In this document: piece by piece, positions 1 through 9,940 of the stretch | Numbering within the stretch: the stretch's first letter is position 1 | Layout of the letters: each line of letters begins with the position of its first letter | Source of the DNA: Candidatus Kerfeldbacteria bacterium | GTDB lineage: Bacteria; Patescibacteriota; Patescibacteriia; SBBC01; CAIJZX01 | Direction: 5' to 3' | DNA length: 64,000 bases | NCBI GenBank assembly: GCA_903825245.1 | Contig: CAIJZX010000016.1 | Coordinates: forward strand, 2,100-66,099 | The notes under the pieces: model-generated | What the model saw: the letters and a program-made list of their open reading frames with translations, nothing else | Database searches by the model: none | What the model was told of the DNA's origin: nothing | Program-made: the position numbers and the translations under genes

Positions 1-52
1 TTGCACGATAATAAATAAAACAACAGCACTGGATTTCAGCCAGCGCACATGA

Positions 53-89
53 ACAAAAAAACACATCGCGGGTTTCGAAACCCGCGATG
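53..89 (-). terminator. Rho-independent terminator closing the adhesin-sortase-Ig operon (13-bp perfect palindrome CATCGCGGGTTTC/GAAACCCGCGATG followed by T-run on minus strand)
   Basis: Perfect inverted repeat at ~64-89; A-run at 55-61 on plus strand is a U-run on the minus strand immediately 3' of the hairpin; lies directly after the stop of the 105..1166 ORF. Confidence 0.7.
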
Positions 90-104
90 TGAGATTTGAG
101 AAAT

Positions 105-1166
105 TTATTGGATCGGGTGTTTTGGCTGAAGTTTCATGGCCGCCGCGGAGAAGGCCAATGTTCCCAAGGTCACAACCCACGCCCACCAGGTCTGTCCTCC
201 GCAACCGTATTTGCGTTGGATGTAGGCGAGGAGCGCCGCACCAGCGAGCGCAACAATTGCCGGCCAGATTTGGATAATCGGTACGAGCGTGTAGAGCAGG
301 GCGACGACGATCAAGAACACAATCAAGAGAACAATCCATACCCACGGCTTCAGTGTAGAGCATGACTTGTCGGTTGATGTACTCGCTGATTGTAGATTAG
401 TGACCGCTGCGTTGGTCGTAGCATTCAAGTTATTGTTAGTAATCGCGATGTTCGTGTTGACATTACCGTTGGTCGGCTTCGTCATATTCGTATTGACCGA
501 CGTGTTCGTTGTAGAGGCTGCGGTGTTTGAGTTGACATTACCGTTGGTCATAGCAATATTTGTGTTCGTGGCCGGTGTGGATGCAACCACAACACCTACT
601 TGTCCGGTAATTGTTCCGACAGTGGCTTGTACTTTTCCGGTGCCAACCGTGGTAGGGGCGAAGACGCCAGATGTCGATATTGTGCCTATTGTGCCGATAA
701 CTGACCAGGTGACCGTGGCGCCAGGAATAATGTCATTATGGCCATCGTAGACTTTAGCGGTGAAAGTTTTATTGCTGCCAATCACCGTCGGCTCCGGATC
801 AGAATTTGGATTAATGACTATTTCCTGAACCTGACCGGCTGTTATCTGAATTGTAGCAGTCGCGGTAAAGCTCTGATACGCTGCCTGAATAGTCCAGGTA
901 CCTGCAACGCCTGGCGTAAAAACCGCATTGGTAATTGTACCGAGCGCATCGTTGGACGATAGTGTTGCTGCTGGTGTTACATCAAGCGTTGTGCCATCTG
1001 TATTGGTGGCAATCACCTTGATGGCTTGTGTTTGGTCGGCAGTAATCGTGGCCGTTGATGGTAAAATGGCAATCGAACTGACCGTGGCTGCTGAAACCGG
1101 CCGCACAATCATAACTCCGAGAGTGAGAGCGAAGATGCTCAGTAGTCGAGAGGCAGGGGAACGCAT
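105..1166 (-). CDS. Surface protein with N-terminal signal peptide, two bacterial Ig-like (BIG2-type) domains, Asn/Thr-rich spacer and C-terminal transmembrane helices
   Basis: ORF translation shows signal-like N-terminus (LLSIFALTLGVMIVRPVSA), Ig-like beta-rich repeats, NxT low-complexity tract, hydrophobic C-terminus. Confidence 0.6.
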   Translation of the reverse strand: MRSPASRLLSIFALTLGVMIVRPVSAATVSSIAILPSTATITADQTQAIKVIATNTDGTTLDVTPAATLSSNDALGTITNAVFTPGVAGTWTIQAAYQSFTATATIQITAGQVQEIVINPNSDPEPTVIGSNKTFTAKVYDGHNDIIPGATVTWSVIGTIGTISTSGVFAPTTVGTGKVQATVGTITGQVGVVVASTPATNTNIAMTNGNVNSNTAASTTNTSVNTNMTKPTNGNVNTNIAITNNNLNATTNAAVTNLQSASTSTDKSCSTLKPWVWIVLLIVFLIVVALLYTLVPIIQIWPAIVALAGAALLAYIQRKYGCGGQTWWAWVVTLGTLAFSAAAMKLQPKHPIQ

Positions 1167-1175
1167 AGGAGAAGA

Positions 1176-1853
1176 TTAGCTAATGAGATTGGCAAAAATG
1201 ACGAGACGTTGTTTGGTTGAAAAGAGTGGTGTGCATGTGTAAATAGTAATCTGTGGTTCGGTTGTTGGATTTTGAATATCAACACGAGATGGGTCGACAA
1301 TATCGCGCTGGTTGACACGGTAATCATACTCGATACCGTGCCAGTAGACAATAATCGGTTCGCCAACTTGTAGCTTATCAAGGAGGTAAAGTGTCCGACT
1401 ACTAGGCGGAAGATACTCCCAGCGGTGTCCCGACAGTACGGTGTTACTGCCGTGCAATGGATCGGAGGTGTTTGGAATGTGCCAGATGCCGCCGAGGTCG
1501 AGTGTTTTTTCGGTTGGACCTTCGAGAATTGCCATGTTGACGCCGATACTTGGGATCACAAGGCGATTATCTTTCGGAATCGGATTATTTTTCGTGACCG
1601 GTAATTGCGACAGAGAAATTCCCGAATTTTTTTCAACCACATTGTTCGTAACTAACTTTGTGGTGTAGGGAAAAATCGATTGTTTTTTGGATACAGCAAA
1701 TTCGATTTTTGGCAGAAACGGATAACTGACGATAGCCAGACCGATAACAATCAGGCTTATTGCGCCGACCCAAGTCCACCACTGATTCCGGTGTGAAACC
1801 GGAATCGGTGAGAACGAAGGTTGCGGAATGTTATTGAGCGAATCCATGGACAC
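1176..1853 (-). CDS. srtE: Sortase (class E-like transpeptidase)
   Basis: N-terminal TM anchor, conserved His (VLSGHRW) and catalytic TLxTC-type motif (ITIYTCTP); adjacent substrate carries LAXTG rather than LPXTG, the class E preference. Confidence 0.8.
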   Translation of the reverse strand: MSMDSLNNIPQPSFSPIPVSHRNQWWTWVGAISLIVIGLAIVSYPFLPKIEFAVSKKQSIFPYTTKLVTNNVVEKNSGISLSQLPVTKNNPIPKDNRLVIPSIGVNMAILEGPTEKTLDLGGIWHIPNTSDPLHGSNTVLSGHRWEYLPPSSRTLYLLDKLQVGEPIIVYWHGIEYDYRVNQRDIVDPSRVDIQNPTTEPQITIYTCTPLFSTKQRLVIFANLIS

Positions 1854-4800
1854 CGCGTTTGCGGAGCCGTCCGGCTGTGAATAGACCGAAGGCGAGACAA
1901 CCGAGGCCGCTGGCGAAGATCAGATAGTCTCGGAACGAAGCGCCGGTGGTTGCTAAGCCGAGGACTTGCGGAACCTTAACCGTGACTTTTGCTGTGGCGT
2001 TTAAAGGTTCAAGTTCTGTCGAACGGACGGTAGCCTTATTGACAAATGTTCCAGCTTTGACGGTCGAACCAACTAGGACATCGTAATTGATGATGCGCTG
2101 GTGGTTTGCTTTGAGTGTACCGATCGTCCAACTTTTCGTTGTCTTTCCAGTGTCCACGAAGGTGAATCCTTTCGGCAAAGTATCACTCAGTGTCACATTG
2201 GTTACATCAATATCACTGGTGTTGCTGATCGTAACTGTGTAGGTTACGGTCTTTCCCGGATTTGTTGTTGTCGCGAGAACGGTCTTAGTAAGTGTCATGG
2301 TCGGAATCGCCATTGCACCGAGCACTGCTGGCACACGGACATCGACATTGGACGTGGCGCTGACAGAGGTAGCGTTCGTGCTGGCAGCAGTAGCTGTGTT
2401 GGTGTATGTGCCGATTGCTTGTGTGGTGCTGATGTCAGCCGAGTAAGTGGTGACAATCGAAGCGCCAGGAGCCATATCACCGAGAACAAATGTTCGTGTG
2501 ACACCACCAATCGTGGTGTAGGTGAAACCGGCTGGCAAAACATCTTTCAATGTTACCCCACGTGCTGTGTCAGTTGCCGATGAGGCGTTGGTAACAGTTA
2601 CGGTATATGTCACAGATTGGCCAGGGTTGGTGAAGCCGACAATATTGTTTGTCTTCGTGATTGAGAGCGACGGTTTACCGGTAAACGTGTTCGTGATAGT
2701 GCACGATTTTACGTCACCGACGTTCAAGGTTATTGCGCCGGTAGCCGAGCAATCACCGGTAATAACGCCGGAGTAGTTCGCTTGATTCGTTTCCGAAATC
2801 GTGTATGTTCCGACGTTGAATCCGTTCTGAATACTACTGGTAACTTTCGTTGTGTTGACGAAGAGTGGGAAGTCAGAGACAACCTTTGTTCCACCAACAA
2901 CAACCTTATTGACGGTGAGTTTTGGTTGGATGCCGGTGTTGCAAAGCGTGACGGATGCGCCAGCTGTAGTCACGGTAACTGGAATCGGCAGGGTCGTGAA
3001 TTCCGGATTGGCGCAACTGTAGGCGTGCTCACTTTGGTCTATCGTACCATTGATGTATGCGCCAACGAAGGAATAGTTATTGACTGAGGATTCTGTCACA
3101 ACGTGTTGGCCGGTAACAATATTGCTGAGCGAGGTGCCCATCAAATTCGTGTCACCAAGATCGAGCTGCCAACGAAACGGTGTAGCCGTTCCGCTGACAT
3201 CGACAAATCCTTTGCCGTCAGCATTATCAACTTTCTTATTGACTGTGATCGTGCCAGTATCGCGAGTGTTCGTGATAGTGCAGGTCTTCATATCACCTAG
3301 ATGAAGTGTAATCGTACCATTCGATGCACAATCGCCACCCCATACAGAAGCGGAGTATCCGTAAGCAGGGTTGTTCACTTCGGAAACCACGTAGGTTCCC
3401 GCATTGATGCCGGTTTGAATTCCGGAAGTAACCGAGGTTGTTCCTACTGACAATGGGAAGTTAGCAACAGATTTATCACCACCAACCACTGTTTTTATAA
3501 CGGTAATTTTCGGTTGGATATCATCGTTGGTAATGGTACAAATTGCGGTGCCGCCGTTCGGGATTACTACGTTGGTGCAATTGTCGTACGTTGTGCTATA
3601 TCCGACAGCTGGATTTTCTACAATGGAGTACGTTCCTGCATTAACGGTAATGTCATTTTGCGCGTCAGCTTCGAATGAAACGCTAGTACCATTATTCACC
3701 TTAAAGGAGAAATCGGTGACCACCGTATTGCCGCCATTATTATTGATCAAGTTTTTCTTTACAACCAACGAACCCGGCTTATCATTATTTGTGATAGTAC
3801 AGACTACGTGTTGTCCAAGCGTAATTGTACCCGAACATGAACCGGACATAGTCGCTGTATAACCAGAGTCTGGCGTTTCAGAAACCGTGAATGTTCCCGG
3901 AACGACGTTCGTCGTCACGCCAGTTGTGCTGCCGGCAAAATTCGCCGTGCCGGCCGTGCCAGAGATGTGCATGGCGAAATCACCAGCTACTTTTTTGCCA
4001 CCGTTGTCATTCGTGACCAATTTCACAACATTGATCGTCGTAGAACATGCAGCGCTGACCAAAGTTTTTGGTGATGAGAAGGCGACGTCGCTGCCGACTT
4101 CAACTCCATCGGTGTGGCCGATGTTTTGCACGTTCCACGTTGTACATTCTGTACCGGTGGACGTTGTTGCTTGGAGTTGGATAATGCCATGTTCACCAGG
4201 TCCAATTTCATGAAGGTTGCCAAGTAATGTCACAGTGGATCCATTGAAGGTAGCTGGGAAGACTTCTGGGGCTGGATCGCCATCATTGAGATCTTGGTCA
4301 TTGGCAATCGAAACAAGCTTAGCGCTATTGTTGACGTAGGTTAAACCCGCGCCGAGCGTGTCGTACAACTTTACGCCACCGCCGGTACAGAACGCATGAC
4401 CATCGTTGTGGTAGTCAATGGTATACGTTAAGGTGTCGCCGCCGTTCGCCGAAGTGGTATTGACCGCTTTGGTTACTACTAAGGAACAAGCGGCTGTAAC
4501 TTTTGTATCAGCAGTAGCTGGGGGCACTGTGACATGATCAGCTGTGACAACTGCCGAATTATGAACATTCGTTGTGCCTTCAGGGAAAATGCTTGGCAGT
4601 GTTCCGGTAATCGTAATTGTACCGCTCGCACCAACAGCGAGATTACCGATAGTCCAGACATTATTGCCAGTAGTCGGGGTTGGCGTTGAATGGCCGAATG
4701 AAAAACGCGAGTCATAACTTTCGATCACTTGAACGTTGGTCAATGGCGTATTGCCAGTGTTGCTGTAGGTTAGTGTGTACGTCAGTGCATCGCCTGGTTG

Positions 4801-7800
4801 GGCGATGGTTTTATCTACGCCCTTGGTCAATTTCAGGAAGTATACCGGTGTGAGTGTATTGGTGAGTGTGCAGGTGACCGCTTGTCCAGCGATAACCGTA
4901 ATGACACCATTCGGACAGCTTGAAGAAAACGTCGGTGTATATCCGGTCGGACCGTCGGTTTCAGAAACCGTGTATTGGCCGACAGTGAGAGGATACACTG
5001 TACCGGATTCATTTCCTGCTTGTGGACTGTTTGCAATCTCGGTCGTTCCTTGCTTCACATGGAGTTTCCAATTTCCGGCAACGGCTGTGCCACCATCAAC
5101 ATGCTTGATAACTTTTAACGTACCGGTATCGCGTGCATTGATGATCGTGCACGTGCCGCCCTTGGAGTTGGCGTTCAGTGAGATCTGGTTATTAGAATTT
5201 ATCGTACAGACACCAGTGGCACCGACAAAGTGGTAGCCGGAAACAGTGTTTTCGGTGAGCGCGTAACTTCCGGTCGCAATATCTGCTTGATCGCCGTTCT
5301 TGTAATCGTGGCTATTCGTGGAAAAGATGAATTTCGACAGATCAGCACCTTCTTCGTTGTTGACGATTTTTTGGAAGGTAATGTGGCTGGTATCATGAGC
5401 GTTACACAGTGTGATGGTCGTACCATTATTCGCCACCGTGACTGGGATTGGCAGTACGGTGAATTGCGGATTGGAACAGCTGTATGCGTGCTCACTGCGA
5501 TCCGTTGCGCCGTTGAGGTATGCACCGACAAAGGTGTAGTTATTGACTGTTGGCTCGGTAACAGCGTGTTGTCCAGTGACAATAGTGCTGAGTGTAGCGC
5601 CCATGAGATTTGTGGCGCCGAGATCGAGTTGCCAACGGAACGGGGTTGCTTCACCGCTGACATCGACAAACCCTTTACCGTCAGCATTATCAACTTTCTT
5701 ATTGACCGTGATTGAACTGGTATCACGGTGGTTGCCGAAGTCTTTACCGGTAACTTGGCCGTTCACGCCAAGTGAGACAACATAGGCATTGGTTTTTGGC
5801 ATGGTTTGCGTCCAGCCCGCAACGTTCTGTTCCATCACATCATAGCTGATCGGCAATAAGTTGCCGAAGGTATAGTGACCGGTACTATCGGTGGTCGTGC
5901 AAACCGGGGCAGTTCCACCGGAGGACAATGTCATACAGATCGTCCAACCTTGAATACCAGGTTCGCCCACATCTTGTATCCCATTGCCGTTGTAATCATT
6001 GAACTTCATTCCGGAAATAGACGATGGTTTCTGCTTGTTGGTAATAGTGACTTCAGTGGTGTGGCCGTTCGTTACAGTAATCTGAGCACCAGCGAGGTTC
6101 GGGTCATTGTCGACTGAATAGCCAACTAATTGGTAATTCGGCGCAAGAGCAATCAACTCGGCCACAGTGTATGTACCGGCCGGCAAGGTGTATGAAGCAT
6201 CTTGATTTTCAGCCACGGTCTTATCGTTTGTGCCATTCACTTGGACGGTAAATGGATTGGTATCGATAACCTCGCCGTTCTGGAAATTCACAACGTTCTT
6301 ATGGACGATGAGTGTGCCAGAACAACCGGTGGTCAACGTTGTGGTTACTGTATTGCTGGAAACGACTTTCGGCATGAGTTCGTAGGCATATCCTTTAGCC
6401 GTATTGTCGTACGTAGCGGTGGTGCATTCCGGAATGGTTGTTGGAATGTCCGCTTGAAAGGTAACATGACCATATTCACCAGCTGACACATTATTCGTGT
6501 CCCAGCTGAGAAGTTTCGCGCCGGCAGTAATGTTCGCTGCTGGATTTGCCGCCGGGAAACCTATGTTCATAAGGTCATCATATGGATAACCAAACTGAAT
6601 CGGAAACGCATTGATATTGGTCGGATCGTTTTCCGCCAGGTTTTCACCGCCATCGACAGATTCCGTGTGTTTGCCGTTGTAGGTCAATCCAGTCGGAACC
6701 GTGTCATCAATACGAACGCCACCGCCGCGACAAACGGCGTTGCCGATATTCTTGTAGTCGATACGGTATTCCAATGTATCGCCCGGTTGATTTGGTCCGT
6801 TCGGGTGTGTCAAGTTCTTGACGGTTTTTGTTAGCGTTAAACCGCAAGCAGCCGGGACATTCACAAATGATGTGGTACCGGTTGGTTGTGCATAAGAGAT
6901 TGTCACCGCGTGCGTATCATTGCTTTTCACGTAACCTGTTGGGGCTGTCGTTTCAGTCACGTTGTACAAAATACCAGCTTGACTTGTCGCGAGTCCGGTG
7001 AAGGAAACGACGCCATCGGCGACATCGCCATCTGCGCCGTCAGTTTTTGATTGGCAATTAGCGCCGTTGCAGATTTGGAATGTTGCGCCGTTGAGTTTGT
7101 GTTCGGTAGTATCGTACTTGGTAACGGTAATTGTTCCGGTTGACGGAGCATTCGTAAATGTACAATCGATCTTCCCTTGATCAGAAATCGGTAAACCGGT
7201 TATCTGTCTGTTCGCGGTATCGGCTGTTCCTACGTTTGCTGTACCGTTGGTGCAGATAACATTTTTCAAGTACGTGCCGGCCTTGACGGTTTCGCCGACT
7301 GAATATGTTCCGACGGCCACATTTTTGAATTCGAGATAGCCGGTGGTGCTGGTTGTCTGTGTGACCGGGGTAGTGCCGTTATTCACGGTAAAGTCGTAAC
7401 CGGAAACGCTAGTGCCGGAAGTGGAAACAGTTGTGCCGTCATCAAATTGTTTTTGAACGGTAATTTTTCCACCACATAATGCATTAACGTAACCTGTGAG
7501 TGCGGCCTGTAAGCCGGTAAAATCGGCAACTTTAATGACATCAGTACTGGTCGAGATGGCGCTTGTCGTGGTTGCGACATTCGGTCCGCTGATGTTTTCC
7601 ATCTTTTGTTGCTTCTCGGCGATCGTGGCCGGATCACTTTCATCATCACCGATTGCGACGACGACGATGCGTGTACCGGCAGTTTTAATTGCGTTGGCAG
7701 TTTCGATAGCCGGGTTGAGCGCATTGATATAGCTAAAGTCGTTCGTTACCGGATTCCCATAACGATTTGGACTGCCGTCGGTGGCGATAACGATAAGATG

Positions 7801-8343
7801 TTGCTTATTTTGAGCCGCGGTGAACGACGCGGCACTGACTGCTAAACCAGCCTGCCAATTCGTATTGCCATCTCCGACAGCCGGAATAATGGCGTTGTTA
7901 GCGATGTCGGCTGACGTTTGAGACGGAGTTAACGAAAAACCATGTTGCAGAGTAGCGTTCGTGCTGAACGATGTTAGCGAGAAATCAGTAGGTGTCAGCG
8001 CAAAAGCATTGGTAAAACTCGACAACGCAGTTTTCATACTGGTCATCTCGGTCAAGTTGATGCTACCGGAAGTATCGACGATTAAACCGACATTCAGGTT
8101 ACATGAAGTGGTGAGTGCAGGATTAACTGAAGTTGAGGGTGTAGCGGATGGGGTGATCGTTGTATCCATTGTCCCTGTTTCGATCTGTGTCGGCATTTCA
8201 GCCGCTTTTGCGACTGTCGGCTGGAGCAATGTCCCAACCATGCTGACGTTCAAAATCGTGGTGATCCCAACCACAACATTGAGTGTTTTCCACACTCGTT
8301 CGCGGGTTGTCTTCCGCGGAATAAGATTGATTCGGATGTTCAT
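1831..8343 (-). CDS. Giant (2170 aa) sortase-anchored surface adhesin: N-terminal signal peptide, vWA domain with MIDAS (DTSGS...ATDGSPN), many SpaA/CnaB-type isopeptide-like and DUF11-like beta-sandwich repeats, C-terminal LATTG sorting signal + hydrophobic segment + RLRKR tail
   Basis: ORF translation; C-terminus ...LGLATTGASFRDYLIFASGLGCLAFGLFTAGRLRKRGVHGFAQ is a canonical cell-wall sorting signal with the LAXTG variant; internal protein repeats (e.g. TITVNKKVDNADGKGFVDVSG... twice). Confidence 0.85.
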   Translation of the reverse strand: MNIRINLIPRKTTRERVWKTLNVVVGITTILNVSMVGTLLQPTVAKAAEMPTQIETGTMDTTITPSATPSTSVNPALTTSCNLNVGLIVDTSGSINLTEMTSMKTALSSFTNAFALTPTDFSLTSFSTNATLQHGFSLTPSQTSADIANNAIIPAVGDGNTNWQAGLAVSAASFTAAQNKQHLIVIATDGSPNRYGNPVTNDFSYINALNPAIETANAIKTAGTRIVVVAIGDDESDPATIAEKQQKMENISGPNVATTTSAISTSTDVIKVADFTGLQAALTGYVNALCGGKITVQKQFDDGTTVSTSGTSVSGYDFTVNNGTTPVTQTTSTTGYLEFKNVAVGTYSVGETVKAGTYLKNVICTNGTANVGTADTANRQITGLPISDQGKIDCTFTNAPSTGTITVTKYDTTEHKLNGATFQICNGANCQSKTDGADGDVADGVVSFTGLATSQAGILYNVTETTAPTGYVKSNDTHAVTISYAQPTGTTSFVNVPAACGLTLTKTVKNLTHPNGPNQPGDTLEYRIDYKNIGNAVCRGGGVRIDDTVPTGLTYNGKHTESVDGGENLAENDPTNINAFPIQFGYPYDDLMNIGFPAANPAANITAGAKLLSWDTNNVSAGEYGHVTFQADIPTTIPECTTATYDNTAKGYAYELMPKVVSSNTVTTTLTTGCSGTLIVHKNVVNFQNGEVIDTNPFTVQVNGTNDKTVAENQDASYTLPAGTYTVAELIALAPNYQLVGYSVDNDPNLAGAQITVTNGHTTEVTITNKQKPSSISGMKFNDYNGNGIQDVGEPGIQGWTICMTLSSGGTAPVCTTTDSTGHYTFGNLLPISYDVMEQNVAGWTQTMPKTNAYVVSLGVNGQVTGKDFGNHRDTSSITVNKKVDNADGKGFVDVSGEATPFRWQLDLGATNLMGATLSTIVTGQHAVTEPTVNNYTFVGAYLNGATDRSEHAYSCSNPQFTVLPIPVTVANNGTTITLCNAHDTSHITFQKIVNNEEGADLSKFIFSTNSHDYKNGDQADIATGSYALTENTVSGYHFVGATGVCTINSNNQISLNANSKGGTCTIINARDTGTLKVIKHVDGGTAVAGNWKLHVKQGTTEIANSPQAGNESGTVYPLTVGQYTVSETDGPTGYTPTFSSSCPNGVITVIAGQAVTCTLTNTLTPVYFLKLTKGVDKTIAQPGDALTYTLTYSNTGNTPLTNVQVIESYDSRFSFGHSTPTPTTGNNVWTIGNLAVGASGTITITGTLPSIFPEGTTNVHNSAVVTADHVTVPPATADTKVTAACSLVVTKAVNTTSANGGDTLTYTIDYHNDGHAFCTGGGVKLYDTLGAGLTYVNNSAKLVSIANDQDLNDGDPAPEVFPATFNGSTVTLLGNLHEIGPGEHGIIQLQATTSTGTECTTWNVQNIGHTDGVEVGSDVAFSSPKTLVSAACSTTINVVKLVTNDNGGKKVAGDFAMHISGTAGTANFAGSTTGVTTNVVPGTFTVSETPDSGYTATMSGSCSGTITLGQHVVCTITNNDKPGSLVVKKNLINNNGGNTVVTDFSFKVNNGTSVSFEADAQNDITVNAGTYSIVENPAVGYSTTYDNCTNVVIPNGGTAICTITNDDIQPKITVIKTVVGGDKSVANFPLSVGTTSVTSGIQTGINAGTYVVSEVNNPAYGYSASVWGGDCASNGTITLHLGDMKTCTITNTRDTGTITVNKKVDNADGKGFVDVSGTATPFRWQLDLGDTNLMGTSLSNIVTGQHVVTESSVNNYSFVGAYINGTIDQSEHAYSCANPEFTTLPIPVTVTTAGASVTLCNTGIQPKLTVNKVVVGGTKVVSDFPLFVNTTKVTSSIQNGFNVGTYTISETNQANYSGVITGDCSATGAITLNVGDVKSCTITNTFTGKPSLSITKTNNIVGFTNPGQSVTYTVTVTNASSATDTARGVTLKDVLPAGFTYTTIGGVTRTFVLGDMAPGASIVTTYSADISTTQAIGTYTNTATAASTNATSVSATSNVDVRVPAVLGAMAIPTMTLTKTVLATTTNPGKTVTYTVTISNTSDIDVTNVTLSDTLPKGFTFVDTGKTTKSWTIGTLKANHQRIINYDVLVGSTVKAGTFVNKATVRSTELEPLNATAKVTVKVPQVLGLATTGASFRDYLIFASGLGCLAFGLFTAGRLRKRGVHGFAQ
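2950..3280. repeat. Intragenic DNA repeat copy 2 (~320 bp) within adhesin gene, near-identical to 5420-5750
   Basis: Spurious plus-strand ORFs 3080..3304 and 5543..5785 (and 2782..3087 vs 5230..5715) give near-identical translations, showing the underlying DNA is duplicated ~2.46 kb apart; boundaries approximate. Confidence 0.7.
5420..5750. repeat. Intragenic DNA repeat copy 1 within adhesin gene (partner of 2950-3280)
   Basis: See partner repeat; adhesin protein segments ...ITVNKKVDNADGKGFVDVSGEATPFRWQLDLGATNLMG... and ...ITVNKKVDNADGKGFVDVSGTATPFRWQLDLGDTNLMG... Confidence 0.7.
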
Positions 8344-8718
8344 AGGCGTTGACCTAGTGATATGAAATCAATTGATAAAAAGTGATGTCGGCGCTTTCGT
8401 TTCCAAGTAATATTTACGGTACGAAAAAAGCCAACAATAAATCACAAATAACGTCGCACCGTATCAGACTACGACAAAAAAGTCAAGCCCATACAGAGTC
8501 ACGACGAGGATTATGAATTTTTGTTGGCTCTTTTAAACGATTTCTCCTGTCTCAAAGGACGAAACTAGCAAAACTGCAAAGTGCAAACTCCTAAAAAGAA
8601 CGGTATTAAGGGCTCCTACCTTACTAAATTTTTTGAAAACTGTCAAGAGGCTTTTTTAGGAAGTGTTTTTATCCTACCATAACTCATATTGCCACGCTAC
8701 CATGGGAGAAAAACAGAA

Positions 8719-8743
8719 TAAAAAACCGTCTTTTTCAAGACGG
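8719..8743 (-). terminator. Rho-independent terminator after CAP-domain gene (CCGTCTT-loop-AAGACGG + U-run on minus strand)
   Basis: Hairpin ccgtctttttcaagacgg at ~8726-8743 preceded on plus strand by A-run. Confidence 0.6.
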
Positions 8744-8763
8744 ATGTAGACTGTGGATAACTA

Positions 8764-9828
8764 TTACGTTGTTACCGTCTGTGGGATAAGTACTTGCTTC
8801 TGAGTTTTTGCTGTTAAAAGTGATCGAATAACAGCTGCGGCCGAGATGACTGACAAGTAGAAGCAGAATGTACCAAGAAGTAACCATTCTGTAGATTCTG
8901 AGGTTTTGGCGGACGATAGTATTACCGGTGAGACCTGGTTGTGGATAACCTCAGTAGTCACTCCTTGCACCTCAGGTACCGGTATGAGTTGTGTTTGCTG
9001 AACAATTGGCGTTGTGACTATTGGCGGAATGATAGTGGGGATTTCGATTGTTGGTTGTTGTAATGGGGTAGGTGCGGTCTTGATTGCTGGAACAACAGAC
9101 GGCGCGGTTGTCGTTGGGATTACCGGGGCAACAGTTTTGGACGGTGCTGGTTTGACGCTTGTAACTTCCGTCTGTGAGATTGGAGCAGTCTGGTTGTACC
9201 GGCTTCCGAAGAATTGCACAACGATGATTGTCGCCTGACCTTTCATGGTTCCATCAACGACGGCTATGCCTATGTCGCGGTATGAGGCGTTGAGAAGATT
9301 TTCGCGGTGGCTGGCCGAGTTCATCCAAGCTGGGACAATGTCACTGCCGTCAACGAAATCGATAGCTAAATTTTCACCGGCTGAGGTGTATACATAGTGT
9401 TGCGAATTGAACCACACCCACGGAGCTTGGCCGGAAGGCGAGTAGTGATTGAAGTATTGCTGAGCGAACATGTCATCAGCTTTCGCTTGGGCAGCTTTAG
9501 TGAGTGCGGAATTTTCCGTCAACGCAGAAAGACCGTGTTGCTGGCGCACAGCGTTTGTTTGCTGAATAAGTTCTGCCGAGGTGTACGTCGCAGCGTGTGA
9601 CAGCATTGGTGTTGCCCAGAGACTAACGACAAGTAACAACGTATTCAATAAACGCCCCGAAGTTTTCTTCGGTGTTGTTGCAAGCGTGAGTTGTTGTTCC
9701 GGCACCATGGAGATCGTCAAACCGTTGAGGCTGGGGCGGATTACGACGTCGCCGTTGTTGTGTTTCATAGGTGTTGATTGCTTCCGTTTGTTGAACGAAA
9801 ATACGCGCTTGTCTAAAGCGCGTTCCAC
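8764..9828 (-). CDS. Secreted CAP/SCP/PR-1 (YkwD-like) domain protein with Pro/Thr-rich linker and C-terminal TM anchor
   Basis: Motifs typical of CAP domain (…HYSPSGQAPWVWF…GENLA…HRENLL…YRDIGIAVV…) followed by PT-rich tract and hydrophobic C-terminus. Confidence 0.7.
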   Translation of the reverse strand: MERALDKRVFSFNKRKQSTPMKHNNGDVVIRPSLNGLTISMVPEQQLTLATTPKKTSGRLLNTLLLVVSLWATPMLSHAATYTSAELIQQTNAVRQQHGLSALTENSALTKAAQAKADDMFAQQYFNHYSPSGQAPWVWFNSQHYVYTSAGENLAIDFVDGSDIVPAWMNSASHRENLLNASYRDIGIAVVDGTMKGQATIIVVQFFGSRYNQTAPISQTEVTSVKPAPSKTVAPVIPTTTAPSVVPAIKTAPTPLQQPTIEIPTIIPPIVTTPIVQQTQLIPVPEVQGVTTEVIHNQVSPVILSSAKTSESTEWLLLGTFCFYLSVISAAAVIRSLLTAKTQKQVLIPQTVTT

Positions 9829-9940
9829 CTATCTGGATACAGTATAGCACATGTTAACGAATAAATCAAGTCCAATGACTTCGATCGGACTCTTGTGCAA
9901 TTACGTTGAACTTGAAAGAAGTACAGTATGGTATACTGTC

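Noticed and set aside
9851-9940. N-terminal 30-codon extension of the manC ORF
   Set aside because: The conserved nucleotidyltransferase N-terminus (MKAVIMAGG) begins at the internal ATG, so the upstream part is probably not translated.
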